Shown: one piece after another, positions 1-11,689 of the stretch
How positions within the stretch are numbered: the stretch's first letter is position 1
How the letters are laid out: each line of letters begins with the position of its first letter
Origin: Schizochytrium sp. TIO01
Lineage: Eukaryota > Protista > Bigyra: Labyrinthulomycetes
Length of the DNA: 31,787 nucleotides
NCBI GenBank assembly: GCA_004764695.1
Contig: SMSO01000021.1
Coordinates: 1 to 31,787, forward strand
Reading direction: 5' to 3'
Notes under the pieces: model-generated
Seen by the model: the letters and a program-made list of their open reading frames with translations, nothing else
Told to the model about the DNA's origin: nothing
The model's database searches: none
Program-made: the position numbers and the translations under genes

Positions 1-95
1 TTGTCGAAGGTACCGTCGTTCTTGTCCTGCCGCGCCGCATCCAGGTCCGCCTTGAGCATGCGGATTTTCTCCTGCATCTCCTGAATGTCCGACAT
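1..95 (-). CDS. GPB1: Heterotrimeric G-protein beta subunit, N-terminal coiled coil (gene continues beyond the window start)
   Basis: ATG at 95 in a caccATG context reads MSDIQEMQEKIRMLKADLDAARQDKNDGTFD. This aligns without gaps to the G-beta N-terminal helix ([30 protein letters not shown]), keeping LK, AR, D and T. Codons are GC3-rich and a GC-rich leader lies upstream. The WD40 part would be outside the window. Confidence 0.65.
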   Translation of the reverse strand, partial: MSDIQEMQEKIRMLKADLDAARQDKNDGTFD

Positions 96-245
96 GGTGC
101 CTGCTCGCGTCGCTGCTGCCGCTGCCGTGCCTCGTCTGCTGCTGCTGCTGCTTCTTCCGTGCCGTGTCGCGCCGCTGCTCCGATGCGCGCGCGTCTGTGA
201 TCGATCGGGACTGCCTCGCAGCGAGCGAGCGAGTTAGTTTCCTGT

Positions 246-403
246 TTGTTTCTTTCTTTCTCTTTCTTTTCTCTCCTTCTCTCCTTCTCTCCTTCTTTCT
301 TTCTCTTTCTTTTTCTCGCCCCTACCGTATTCGCTAGATGCACGCTACCCCTTTCTCTTTCTCTTTCCCTTTCTCTTTTCCTTTCTCTTTTCTTTCTTTC
401 TTT

Positions 404-459
<56 letters not shown>

Positions 460-512
460 TTTCTTTCTTTCTTTCTCTTTCACACTCCTCTCTCTTTCCC
501 TCTCTCTCTCTC
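246..512 (+). repeat. Polypyrimidine tract / (TTTC)n-(TC)n microsatellite
   Basis: Directly visible; it generates the spurious F/L/S-rich ORFs at 246-547. Confidence 0.95.
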
Positions 513-682
513 TGGTTTGGTGTACGTGTGTGTGTTTAAAGCCCTAGGGGACTCCTATCAGAGATCATAGCCAGGGTAGGAGTGTGCTACAGGGGAGGGA
601 GGTCGCCCTATAGCGAGGCTTTCTTTTCTCTGGTTTGCTTCTTCGAGCCTGGGCATCGGTTGATTGAGTGATGGACTCGAGG

Positions 683-710
683 CATTCATTCATTCATTCA
701 TTCATTCATT
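683..710 (+). repeat. (CATT)7 microsatellite
   Basis: Directly visible tandem CATT. Confidence 0.95.
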
Positions 711-3700
711 TCTTCGTTCACTCACTCGGCCACGCTCTCGCTCGCTCGCCCGCCGGCTGGCCTTGCTTGGGGCGGTGCAGAGCGGCCGCGTGTGTGTCGG
801 AGCTTACTGGGCTGTGGCGGTGTTGGAGTGTGACGGAATCCTCTTTTTCTAAGTTGCTTTGATTCTTCTTTCTTCCTTTTTCTGCCTTTGTGTATTTTGA
901 AAAAGGTTTTTACACAAATCAAAGAGCAAATCGCAAAAGACTTAATTGAAACAATTTCTTTCTTTCTTGTTTGTTTCTTCTTTCATTTATTCCTTTTTTC
1001 ATTCATTCATTCAGGAAAGTAAAGTAAATGAAATGAAAAGAAGTATGAAACAAGAAAGAAACAAAGGCTCCATCAATCAATTGTTGTGCATCAGAGAAAG
1101 TACATGCAATCAAAGATTGCAGGATAACGCCAATAACCTTCGACAGCCAAGCGCGGCAAAATCCAATAAGGAGAGGCCCCTGGCTCACAGCCAGCTCTCT
1201 AAAGCGCACGGATTAAACCAGCGTCAACGAGGCGAATACACCCTTATTCTCGCCACGCACATTGCTTCTCCTCCTTTCCTCTAGCTAGGCATTTATCCCC
1301 CGTGCAGTCCCTGCCCCCACGGCAATCCATATTACCGCCTATATACTGGCGTGCACACGGGGGTATGTCACAAGTTCATAACTTGTAGGAACTCGTGCGC
1401 CTCTCGATCGCGAGTGTGCTGATATAGCCCATAGTAGGCCCCTACTCAAGGACCAGCATCTATAGTGCCCACGATGCGTTTTTACGCGTTGATACGAGAT
1501 CAAGCAGGGCGGCTACCGCTGCAGTCCTAATTCCAAACACTCACTTACAACGAAAGCCGCCTTTGCAATTTTGATAGGCCTCAAAAACACGTGCACGAGG
1601 TCGTGGACGATACATTCCAGACCACAACCAAAGGCATCCTGGATATCCATACGTCCTTGTACACCCACCAGACTCCAAACCAATACCTGAGACACAACAA
1701 CAACGCCAGAACGCGAGCTAGCTAAAGAAAGAACCCCGACAACAAGAACAAACAAGAAGAACACCCCCCCCGAGTGAAACGCAGTGCCTACTGTATCTCC
1801 TAGCCCTGTCCTACGTGCCAAGATCTTAGCGGCTTCTGTTCCTTTCGTTCTTATCGTTCTGTTCTTTTCCATTTGGGTTTCTCTCTGTTTTCCTTCTTCG
1901 AGCCCGCGGGTCCCTTGGGAACTTACCTAGTGTTTACAGTAGGGTTCAAATAAAAGTCGCCGTAGTGGAGTATTTACGAGGACGAGAAGACCGAGCTTCT
2001 GCTGCTCGCTCCGGTGCCTGCCTGGCTCTGCTGCCGCCTTCCTCCGCCTGCTTGCGTGTCACGCCTGCGCGTCTGATCTCTACCTGTCTTGGGTACGTGC
2101 GTGAGAAGGCGTCCCGCGACTGACCGACCTTGGACGCTGCTTGCTCCGCACAAGAACGAGGACGAAGGGCGATCGAAATGGATTTGCTTTGGACTCTTTC
2201 TCTCTCTTTTCTTATTTGTTTTGTTTGTTTGTTGTTTCTTTCTTTTCTTTCTTTGTTCCAGTATTCTTTTCTTCGCCCTCTCGCTTGCGAACGAGAACGA
2301 GGAGAAGAAGAAGGAGGCAGCAGCGGACCGCCTCACGTGCCGATATCAGTCTCTTGCCTCTGCTTGGGACTGTGAGCTCCGCTCAAAGCACCTCCGTCGC
2401 CCAACTGACTGACTGACTTTCTCCTTCTTATTGCGCTCGCTTCGATCGATTGATCGCTTGATCTTTCAAGTCCAAGCTGCTTTCTATTTGCGCTCATTTT
2501 TATTCCGATTTCTTTAGTAAAAGTTTAAGAATTGAGTATGATTCTTTATGTCTACAAAAGGAGGATTCTGAGTCCTCGTATTGAGAAGGTACTTTCCATG
2601 CAATTCCAAAAACTTTTCATTCGAAATAGCTTTTGGTGTTTAGTGTTTAGTTTTATTTCTAATTTATATCAAACAAATGAATAAATCAAGTGTTATGTAT
2701 GTATGTATATATATTTTTGGGAAGAGAACTTGACCTCTCTTTAATTCTTATGGTCTAAAGAAGTGAGACTTCGACTATTAGCTACCTAGTGCTTCGCAGG
2801 TGTTCCTGTTCAAGAGACTGATTTCAATATACAGACAGGTACTATGTGATATATGTAGACTAGAGAAGCAGTCCAAGCGAGGACCAAACTCTGTTTCGTA
2901 TAAAGAAATCAGCACTTAGTTGATATACGCTTCGAAGATGGGCCCTACGCCTTCAAGTTTACAGCTCAGACGTTGCGTGCATGGCTGCCTTCTCCAATTC
3001 ACTCCCTCACTTGCACGAGCTGTGGCTCTTGGCGTGGGATTCTTATAATCTTTGACTCATCTGAGTTTGTTTGCCCTCCTTGCTTTACTTTTGGGAGTTT
3101 TCACTAGCTAGGACCTACCGTGGCCTACAGTATTATCTACAGCTAACTTGTCGTCGCACGCGATGCGAATATGTGTGAATAAACGTGCGCGATACGATGC
3201 GAATTAATGCGCCAAAAGCTTTGCGATCATCATTGCTGGCAACCTCGCCAATCAGCTTTCATTCGCTTACATCAGGTTTTCTCCGACTCCGCCCAAGTGA
3301 TACCCAATGCGGCTTTCCAGCGAAAATAAGAGTTGATTGTCCATAGGATGTTTTGGTTGACATGAAGAATCACTCGCTAGGTACGAGCTTCTAGTTAGTC
3401 AATCCTCTTCTGGACTCGGAAGACCCGGAACACCAAAGTTGATTGTGGTCGGGTGCGTGCAGCGACGATTTAGAGTGAGTAAGTGCGAGGCACCTCTCGA
3501 CTTCCGAGGTCACTTCTGCTCTTGGACTTGATCTTCTTCTCCTTCTTCTTCTTCGTGCTCTTCTACTTCTTCTACGTGTGAAGAAGCTTCAAGTTGTGCA
3601 ACGAGGTGGAGCAAAAGGCAGTACTTGCTAGGCAGGTTTGCTAGCGAAAAGCACTAGCACACAACACGTACGAGCGCTAGTAGAGTTCTATGGGTACTCC

Positions 3701-3724
3701 TACGGGCTCGCTCTTTTCTTTCTC

Positions 3725-3829
3725 TTTTTTTTTTTTTTTTTTTTTTAATATCAAAATGAAAAGTGCTTTCTTTTTCACTTATTATTCTCTAGTGTTAGGT
3801 TGCTTTCACTGTTGTTGTTGTTGTTGTTG
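3725..3829 (+). repeat. Poly-T run (3725-3746) and (TGT)n microsatellite (~3810-3829)
   Basis: Directly visible. Confidence 0.9.
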
Positions 3830-4329
3830 TGATTACTATTTTTTAAAGTGAGTAACTACATTGTGTGTACACATGCATAGAGAATTCTATAATATAAAAT
3901 AAAAGGAATAAAACAAAATGAGAGATACACATGTTTTTCAAGAAACCTTTCTGTAAAACAAGTTTAAGAATCGCCACAGGCAATAGAGAAAGAGAAGACA
4001 GTACAACATGGAGAAAGCGAAACTGATATCATTACAGATATTGTTAATTGAGGAAACACTTAGGCTTGCAAAGGCCACTATCCAGCGAGCCTGGGCCACT
4101 CTTCTTTATTAGATTCCTACCTACCTATATAGCTGGGAATTGTTGTTCCTGAATTCCTAATAAAACTTAGTCATTGCTTTATTGTAATACCTCACTCTGC
4201 TCGCTAAATTTCCAATGTGCATCTACTATGTCTTGAGAACGAGCTCCACAAAAGCCATTCTAGCTTGCTCTGGGTCTCCACCCGCGAGCCTATGCAATGT
4301 TTCATAAATTTTCATCCCCCATCGCTTTG

Positions 4330-4760
4330 AGGTGTTTCTGCAAACCGCAGGGAGGGATCTTGAAGATGCAGAAGAGTCAATTTACCGGAGCTCGTCTTTC
4401 ATATGAATATTTAGAGTGTTCAAAATAATTACTTCAAGAAGTTAGTCTTGCGCAGATAACACGGAAGTTTTTTTAACTTATTTTTTTAATTAAACGACTA
4501 CACGACATGAAAATATATACAATAAAAGTATTGAGTCGTGTGATTGGAAAGTTATGCAAGGTATTATAAAAAGTTGGTGTGTAAAAGGCCAAACCTTGGG
4601 AATACAGAACCCTGAATGTTGGCAGGACTCTATGATCGATTATGAAGGCGATGGAGGTTCGCAAGAGGTGTTCACATGCATGAGATGGAATATAATTACT
4701 TCGTACACATCTCTCTTGAGGAGATTTCCGCGACGCTTGATATATGATTTGTATATCTAT
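4330..4760 (+). pseudogene. Putative eroded pentatricopeptide-repeat (PPR) gene fragment
   Basis: Fragments FLQTAGRDLEDAEE (~4335-4376), GIIKSWCVKGQ, ECWQDSMIDY and QEVFTCMRWNIITSYTSLLRRF resemble the PPR consensus (G.ledA..vF..M...nvvsy.aLI..y.k.G). The frame is interrupted by stops. Confidence 0.35.
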
Positions 4761-5569
4761 GATCCCCTTGCCCAAAACGTGCGACTAGGTAGGTTCTAGG
4801 CGTCCCCCGAGAAAGTGTTGACGACTCTCGACTTAACTATTAGCCATAGTAAATAGCAAAAAAAATTATTAAATTTTAATGCACTAGTACCCTTACTAAT
4901 ATATTTATTATTTGCAAAAACATTTTATGAAAGTTAAAAAAAATTAAAAGTAGTGATTTTTTATTTTTTTCAGGAACGTTTACTTCAAGTTGTAAGCTCC
5001 AAAGCAAAACATTTTTTGATAAGTTACAGATAACAAAAGAAGCTGTTTCGTTCACGGTGAAGGCTCTACTGATTGACCGCCTCTATTTCTGCATTGAAAC
5101 GAAGGGAGATCAGCCGAAGACTCATGCAATTGTTTCCTCCCTTCCTCTGTGGTCTCTCTGCTCCCACGGAAGCTACCGTTGAGCATGCCGGCGTCACCAA
5201 TTATAAACGAAAAGATCAGAAAGGAAATCAATTTTTTAAAGACGAGAAGGTACACACGGCTATATGTATTCAATTCATCATTACGGGATGGAAAGACTGT
5301 TATTCATGCGGTTGTTCAAGCAAGGCCATAACTGATGATACTGATGTGCAAGATTCTATTTTTCTAAATCTGAATACCTTTAAAGAGTTTACCATATGTT
5401 GTTATTCATTTTGATTTTTTTCGAGTCCCTGGTTACAAATCATGGGTTAGAATCCCAAGGAAATCGCACAGCCCAAATTCTAATGTCAATACCAGAAGCA
5501 AAGCGCTTCAAGTCTACAATGAAGGCGAACAATCACCTCGTCCGGTCTCATTCCATCCAGCAGAACGTA

Positions 5570-6310
5570 CTAACTCGATTCGAGGATGTTGGGAGTGGGC
5601 ACTCTGGCTTCATTTACAAGTCAAACAATTCTGAGCTCACAGTGCGGTACCTATAGTTCGTAGATAGGGTCCGGAAAGACAGGATGAGGACAAAACAAAA
5701 GACCCAGAGTGGCGGAACGAAGTCACCTTTCGAGACAAGTGAGTAGTAGACAGCGCCCCCTGCCTTGCCGCCATGGAGTCTTCGCAAAAGCGCCAAGCAA
5801 TTATCCCCAGCTTTCTTAGATGCCATGTGTCGTCTACCAGGAGTCGGATAAAATGTGGTGCACCAAATTAATTACATGGGTACTGTTTCTTAACTAGTAC
5901 TAGTGATATATTTATTCTGGCACTTTCACTGGCCAGCTCGGGGGGCGGGAACCTCCGTTCTCCACTAGGTCCATCGTAGGAGGACGCTGTGGGGCAAGCC
6001 GTCGTGGCGAACGACATCTGCGGCAAAGGTTTTCTTCGTTTCATGACTCATTCCTCTCTGCGCAGATTACTACCTGCATAATAAGGAGATCACGGCCAGT
6101 GTGTCTTGGAGAAGAGTAGCTCCAAGAAATACTAGTGTGCACGGAGAAAGCGCACACCTTGAAGGGACATCTCTAAGCGAAACCTTCGGACTGCGGGCAT
6201 TGCGAGCGAGGCTGTGGCACGTGCACCCCTTTCTTTCTACTAAGGAAGGCTCTACCAACAGCTCTGGTCTCCCTCTTATAAAGGGTAGCCACTGCACAAG
6301 AAATCCACCG
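5570..6310 (+). pseudogene. Eroded protein kinase gene, tyrosine-kinase/TKL type
   Basis: Kinase subdomains occur in the correct order: EDVGSGHSGFIYK (Gly loop, 5582-5620), GGNL (5944-5955), VANDICGKG (6004-6030), YLHNKEI..RRVAPRNTSV (~YLH..HRDLAARNVLV, 6071-6139), LSETFGL (~isDFGL, to 6193), GLPL (6266-6277) and TAQE (~APE, 6291-6302). Stops and frameshifts intervene and the catalytic Asp residues are lost. Confidence 0.65.
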
Positions 6311-6729
6311 ATTCCCACTGTGTTATTTTACTATGTGCCTCGTATGCTTAACTGGTATAACTTCTAGTCTTTGTCTCCGTGTAGAGACATCCACACTGGT
6401 AGAAATGTGAGGTAGTGCAAGTGAGAGGAAACAGTAGCTTGATCAGACGAAAAAGGTGGCCTCTTCCTCTGTGGCTCCACTGTTCCTATCTCCAGATTAC
6501 TCTAGCATACTCCTAGTATCCTGAACTACCTAGATGATTAGAAGTGATATTCATAGGAGCAAAGGCTTCATTCCAAAAGCAATAGTAAGCATCATGATGA
6601 TTCTTAGTACTCCCTTTTTGGAAAATGAATCCATTCCAATTATTGACCTCGTTGAACTCTACTCACGGGGTTCATTTTACTACGAGTGTGAAATAGGGCC
6701 ATAAAGAGTTTGTAGTGATGCTTGAAAGC

Positions 6730-7500
6730 ATCTTTTTTGCACGCGCGGGCGGCACGGTGGCCACGTGAGGATGTAGTTCAACTTAGTATGGCTGATTGAC
6801 GCATGAGCTGGCTGGCGCGGACAACCTGGATGGTTATTATAGGGGTGGTATTCTTCAACATTTCCTATGTAGAGGCTAGCTCTGCAATTGAGTACTCGAG
6901 TCCGATGCAACTTGTGTTTACTCCCGGCTACAATATTAAAAAATGGTAGGTTCCACTAGGATTTACTTGTTCTTACGAAGCAACTACTTGCACAAGCTTG
7001 CTCTATGAGCATGTTGATAGGGAGTTTTATACCAGGTAAAACATTGAACAAAGGAGTGTTACAAGTTCTCAAAAGCTGACAACGACTCAGATGGTGGTGG
7101 GACGGCCAGAGAAAACAATTCTCCTACTCTATCTCACTTCCATTTTGTTGATGCTGTGCGTGTCTACCATGGGGCTACAGGTCGCAACACAGGCCTGTAG
7201 AGCTAGTAGGAATAATTCAACTCGTGCCAACAATATTTTGGCTTTTGAGGTGGGCTAGTTTTAACTACTAATGCTTCTTACTTCTCGCTGTTGCACGCGC
7301 GGGTTCGACAATAAATAAAGGCTTGACATAGGAAAAATAAGTGAAAGCCTGCATGTTGTGCTATAGCCTTTGCAGGTACTACTTTGCCAGTGTTGCGTGT
7401 AGAAGGTTCAGTTGGTCAAGGAGATGCGACACCATATTATAGAAGAACGTGGAATTAAACCGATGTTGCGATTCTTTAATATTACAACAGGTACCTGTCA
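6730..7500 (+). pseudogene. Eroded PPR gene
   Basis: EDVVQLSM/LIDA* (6767-6806), ASYFSLLHA (~7273-7299), VK/P/DVV/YS (7341-7367) and VKEMRHHIIEERGIKP/DVAI/FN (7415-7480) match the PPR consensus eM.e.GikPDvvtYn.LI.a once small indels are allowed. Confidence 0.5.
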
Positions 7501-7825
7501 ATACTTTTCAACAATTTGGCGATTCCAGAGACACAATGTTGAGTCAGATTGAGGAATTAATCGTCCTTACCATTCAGCATGATATTTTGTTCTGTTCGCG
7601 TTCATGAATCTACGAATGGAAATGTCATAGCCAATCTCTTTAAAATGGTTCCATTGCTGCATTCTAAAAACCTGCAAAGCAAATGCGAGCCTTCATCTAG
7701 CTTGATCATTCGTCATAAATCAGTCGATAAACACAAAATCTTACATGAAACCTGCATGGCAACCCCATAAAGGCCGTCAAACCAAAACAATATTTAAAGA
7801 ATCCACTGGTCTCCAGAGCACCAAG

Positions 7826-7826
7826 T

Positions 7827-7867
<41 letters not shown>

Positions 7868-7888
7868 CTATACATATATATATATGTA
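7826..7888 (+). repeat. Compound (TC)n(TATC)n(TA)n microsatellite
   Basis: Directly visible. Confidence 0.9.
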
Positions 7889-9899
7889 TGCACAACACTT
7901 CTCACTATCTCTTGCACGCACATCCAGAATTGAAGTTATTTTGCTGCCTAATGAAGATACTATCCAATGAAGCAAGAATGTGTGTGATAATTGTCATTTT
8001 CAGTTAGAGATATCCATACTTTGACACGACTAGGCGCGAGATCACTGATGGCGTATGGGACAACGAAGAGCTGTTGCTGCCTGGTCTGCTGCGAGAATGC
8101 CGAAAGCTTGGTATTCGCAAGTTTCCATGATGCACAAGTTTCTTACTGATGGTGTGCTATCTTCTTCCAATGAGCTGTCGTTTTCATCACATTTCTTCGT
8201 TTTTTTCCTCTCTTCTTTTTTAATACTTTCTTTCTTTTGATGAGCAAACCTTTTCTCACCTTATTTTGTAAAATAATAAATGACTTGAAATAAATTATCA
8301 TCTTTTTATAAATGAATTAATATTTAAATATATATAAATAAATAAGTTTTCTTTTATCCTAACCATTACTTCCTTTTAGAATATATGAATAGATCAAAAC
8401 GTATATATATATATATTTATTTATTTATTAAAGTATGCTTTTCTTTTAAGTTAAAAAGCGTAACCCCCCCCCGCGCTGGATGTCAAAAAGATATATGAGG
8501 TCTGGGCAGAGATCACACCGAGGAAGCACAATGTGGAGTAACAGCCTCCTCTTCAACTTTCGTCTAGACTAGCTTGCCACTAGCAAATCCATCTAGTCGA
8601 TATAAATATACAGCAGGTTTCTCGGTCACATTGCTTGGACATGTAAGCACAAGGTTCTTTAAATTATCGCCATCAAGACAGGTACCTAGCTTATGATGAA
8701 CGAGCAGTCATGCGAACCTTGAAGATTCAAGTTTTTTCTTTGCTCAAGCTTTCGAAGCTACTCAAACTTCGAGGTTTAGGACTCACTTAGACCTCTCAAA
8801 ATAAAAAAATGTGATCATTCCATGGTGAGAATGGTGAAGACTCATAACCCAGCGAGCGAGGAGTTAGTGTTTTGCAAGTAGCAACAGAGTTACTTATGTG
8901 ACAAATAAATATAGATTAGACACTAAAAGTCCTGGTTTCAAGATAACATGAAGACCGAAAGTCGATGGGTCTGGCTTCGATTTTGGCCAGTTGAACCGTG
9001 GACAGCGCCAATGGTCCCGCAGAAGGCGAGCTTGATTCCAAACACTAATGACTTGGAGGATGTTTTATGTTTCATGTCTCCTACAGACCTAGTTGTACAG
9101 ATATATCATAGTTCAAAGAAAGACCTTTCCGGCAATCAAGATTAAAAATTGTAATAACTTTTTTTTTAATATTAATATTAATTTTAAAAGAAAACAAATC
9201 AATAAAACGTGTTAAACCTTCGTCACTTTTTAATAACTAAAACATGATTAGGAAATAGTCCTAATGATCTCTAGAGTGTGTTTGGTTTAATCAATTGCAT
9301 GGTACATTCCAAATTATAAATCCAATGAGTTGGATTCCAAGAAGTAAAAAAGGATACTACTGACTCTGTTCTCTCGCTGCGCAGGCGGCTTTTGTCCAGC
9401 CCAGTTTGCACGCGCTGCAAGCAAAGAGACTGTGTTTCTTTCATCATGATAATCGAGGTTCCAGTTTCACAGGCAGTTACGCGGCAACCTCGAAATTTGC
9501 AGTAGGAGGTTTATTCGGTTCACCGATCGATTGAAATGAGGCTATTTTCGAAGTTCCTTTTCTTTTCCTGTAGTAGGTAGTTAGTTTCTTACCTATCACT
9601 AAGATCTACAATAACTCGAGTAACGCCAGCTTTATCAGCCAGATAAGAATCACTTCTGCTCTATGCCCATACAACAGCTGTTCGAGGAGGTGGGGGTTAC
9701 TCTCATAACGACTGTAGTTTTGTGGATTCTGCGGGCTATACTCTTTCGAATAGAAAGTCAAGTTGGCCTCGCAGAATGAATAATTGTGGAATGCCAGGAC
9801 GATTCTTTTTACTCGTGATACTTCAAGTTTTTTTTTAAGAGACCCACATGACATCAATCCCATCTTGATTTTCTGTAATTAACAGTATAACTGAATTCT

Positions 9900-10400
9900 C
9901 AGTAGAGCTCATTGTGAAAACTTAAAGTTGGCAACCCTCTTGTCCAGCATCACTGCTGTAACGTTTCTACAAGGAATTAGGAGTCACGAGTACTTTGCGA
10001 TTTACTTGTGCTTGTCGAAAGAATGTTATCAAAACTCCTAAGAAAAATACAAATACCATCTCTGAAACGCCAATTCTCAATAGTCAAATGCAACTTCTTA
10101 GAAAAATCTTCTAGCCTGAGTAGAAACTCTTGCCAAAACAAGCACTCATGAAAAGCCATCTGGTTTGACGACGGCTGAGACAAACTTTGTATCCTTAACT
10201 AGCCAAACATGGTACCTTAATACTTGTAGCAAAGGCCTCCACCACAGAATAGAGGAAATCGCCTGCGGTGTGTAATGAATGTACTATCTGGAGGAGGCTG
10301 AAGTATTGAGTTTCAGGTTGTATTATTTGCGTACAGATTGAGTAAAGCTGTGAAATGAGTACACGAACGAGGTCGTTTCCCGAAAGTCTCTTTCGATTTT
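9900..10400 (-). pseudogene. Eroded PPR gene (minus strand)
   Basis: FGKRPRSCTHFTALLNLYAN (10385-10325), GDFLYSVVEAFA (~10263-10228) and VKPDGFS*VLVLA..QARRFF*E (from ~10169) recur at about 105-nt (35-aa) spacing. SFDNILST and MLDKRV follow further downstream. Confidence 0.5.
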
Positions 10401-11689
10401 TATTGCCAGTCCGTTTCAAATCGGGAAATGCCTCGTCTGTGGCGAGCAGGTGAGCGAGTGATCTCTCGCGTGCGAGTGATTGAGTTAGCTATATCACAAC
10501 TTCATTCGATTATTTATTTAATAATAAATAATAATAAATCATGGCCAAGCTACCACTAGGGTAGCGTGTGCAAAGGAGAGGAAGAAGAGATGTAGTAGGT
10601 ACTACTCTTGCCCACTTCATGATGACCACGAAATTAAAATACCTTTTTTTCATCGTCGCTGCCCCTCCTAGTGATGATTCCAAGGTGCTGGAAAGTGTTT
10701 GCCTCGGGTACCAGCTAGAGTAATAGTAGTAAGAGGTGAAAACATTGTGAACTAAAGTGCACACTAAAATTATTTCATTTCTTTTAATGTCAAGATAAAG
10801 TTCTTTCTCATTTCTTTCACACATGCAGATGTCGAGACCGCTTTCGTACCTACGTACCTACCTCGAGCTGCACTTGCACAAATCTGAAGCTACTGCCGTT
10901 GGCGCTGTTGGCGCTGTTGGTAGGTACATACTATGGCTGATGATGATGCTCAGTTCTTACATTACATAAATAGACTATTCTTTACTTTCCTATCTCGCTT
11001 TTAGTACTCTTTATTGTTGTGGTGGTGGTTAATTGAAAAGCTTCCCACGAGAGTAGTAGGTATCCCAATACAGAAAGGAGTGAGCGAGTTCCTGTTTTAC
11101 TGGTTCGACACAAATGGCCGATCGTATCATACCTCTTGCTCTCCCAAATGGACTATCAAAAACAACATTTGGACGCGTGCACACTACCCGAGCGAGAAAC
11201 CTTCAAGACAGTTTAATCTGGTCTCATCGCTAAATTTTAAAGTATCCCTGTAGTCACTGCATATTTGACGCACCAGTGACTAAACTCAAGCGGTGGGTAG
11301 TCTTTTCTTCAATAAAACTAGATTTGCTTCAATCCAGTTTGAAACCTTCATAATGATCTGAGCCCGGATTTTGCCACAATCAAAGGATACATCACGAAGT
11401 TGAGCCGAAGGGGATTAACGTTAACAATCTGTAGGCGTCAAAACCATAGGAGCGGTTTATCTTGAAATGAGGTGATTACTTCTATTGACTCATGTCATCT
11501 ACACTACAATTAGGTGTTCAGCATGATCTCCATTTGACAACCCATTTGACACACTAGAAGCTTCACCCTTTCACTAGAGAGCTTCAGTGCCGTCTCCTTT
11601 ACATATCCTCTTGTCTATTGTGTAGTATTCTCAAGTATACAGTGGTTTATGAAATCCCTTCGATTAAGTTGTAATAATATGAGCAGTTT

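Noticed and set aside
246-1284. ORFs 246-539, 338-547, 664-862 and 946-1284
   Set aside because: Their N-terminal or entire sequence translates TTTC/CATT microsatellites, with no protein-family signal.
1921-1930. ACTTACCT resembling the U1 snRNA 5' end
   Set aside because: No U1 stem-loops or Sm site follow; it is better read as a minus-strand splice donor.
1974-2416. Overlapping ORFs in a GC-rich, low-complexity block
   Set aside because: Compositionally biased and mostly non-ATG starts; looks like UTR or promoter sequence.
7680-9145. LRR-like words (NLT*NLHGNPI at ~7735-7770; LSKLLKLRGLGL at ~8750; KDLSGNQ at ~9120)
   Set aside because: Isolated short matches without consistent repeat periodicity; too weak to call a pseudogene.
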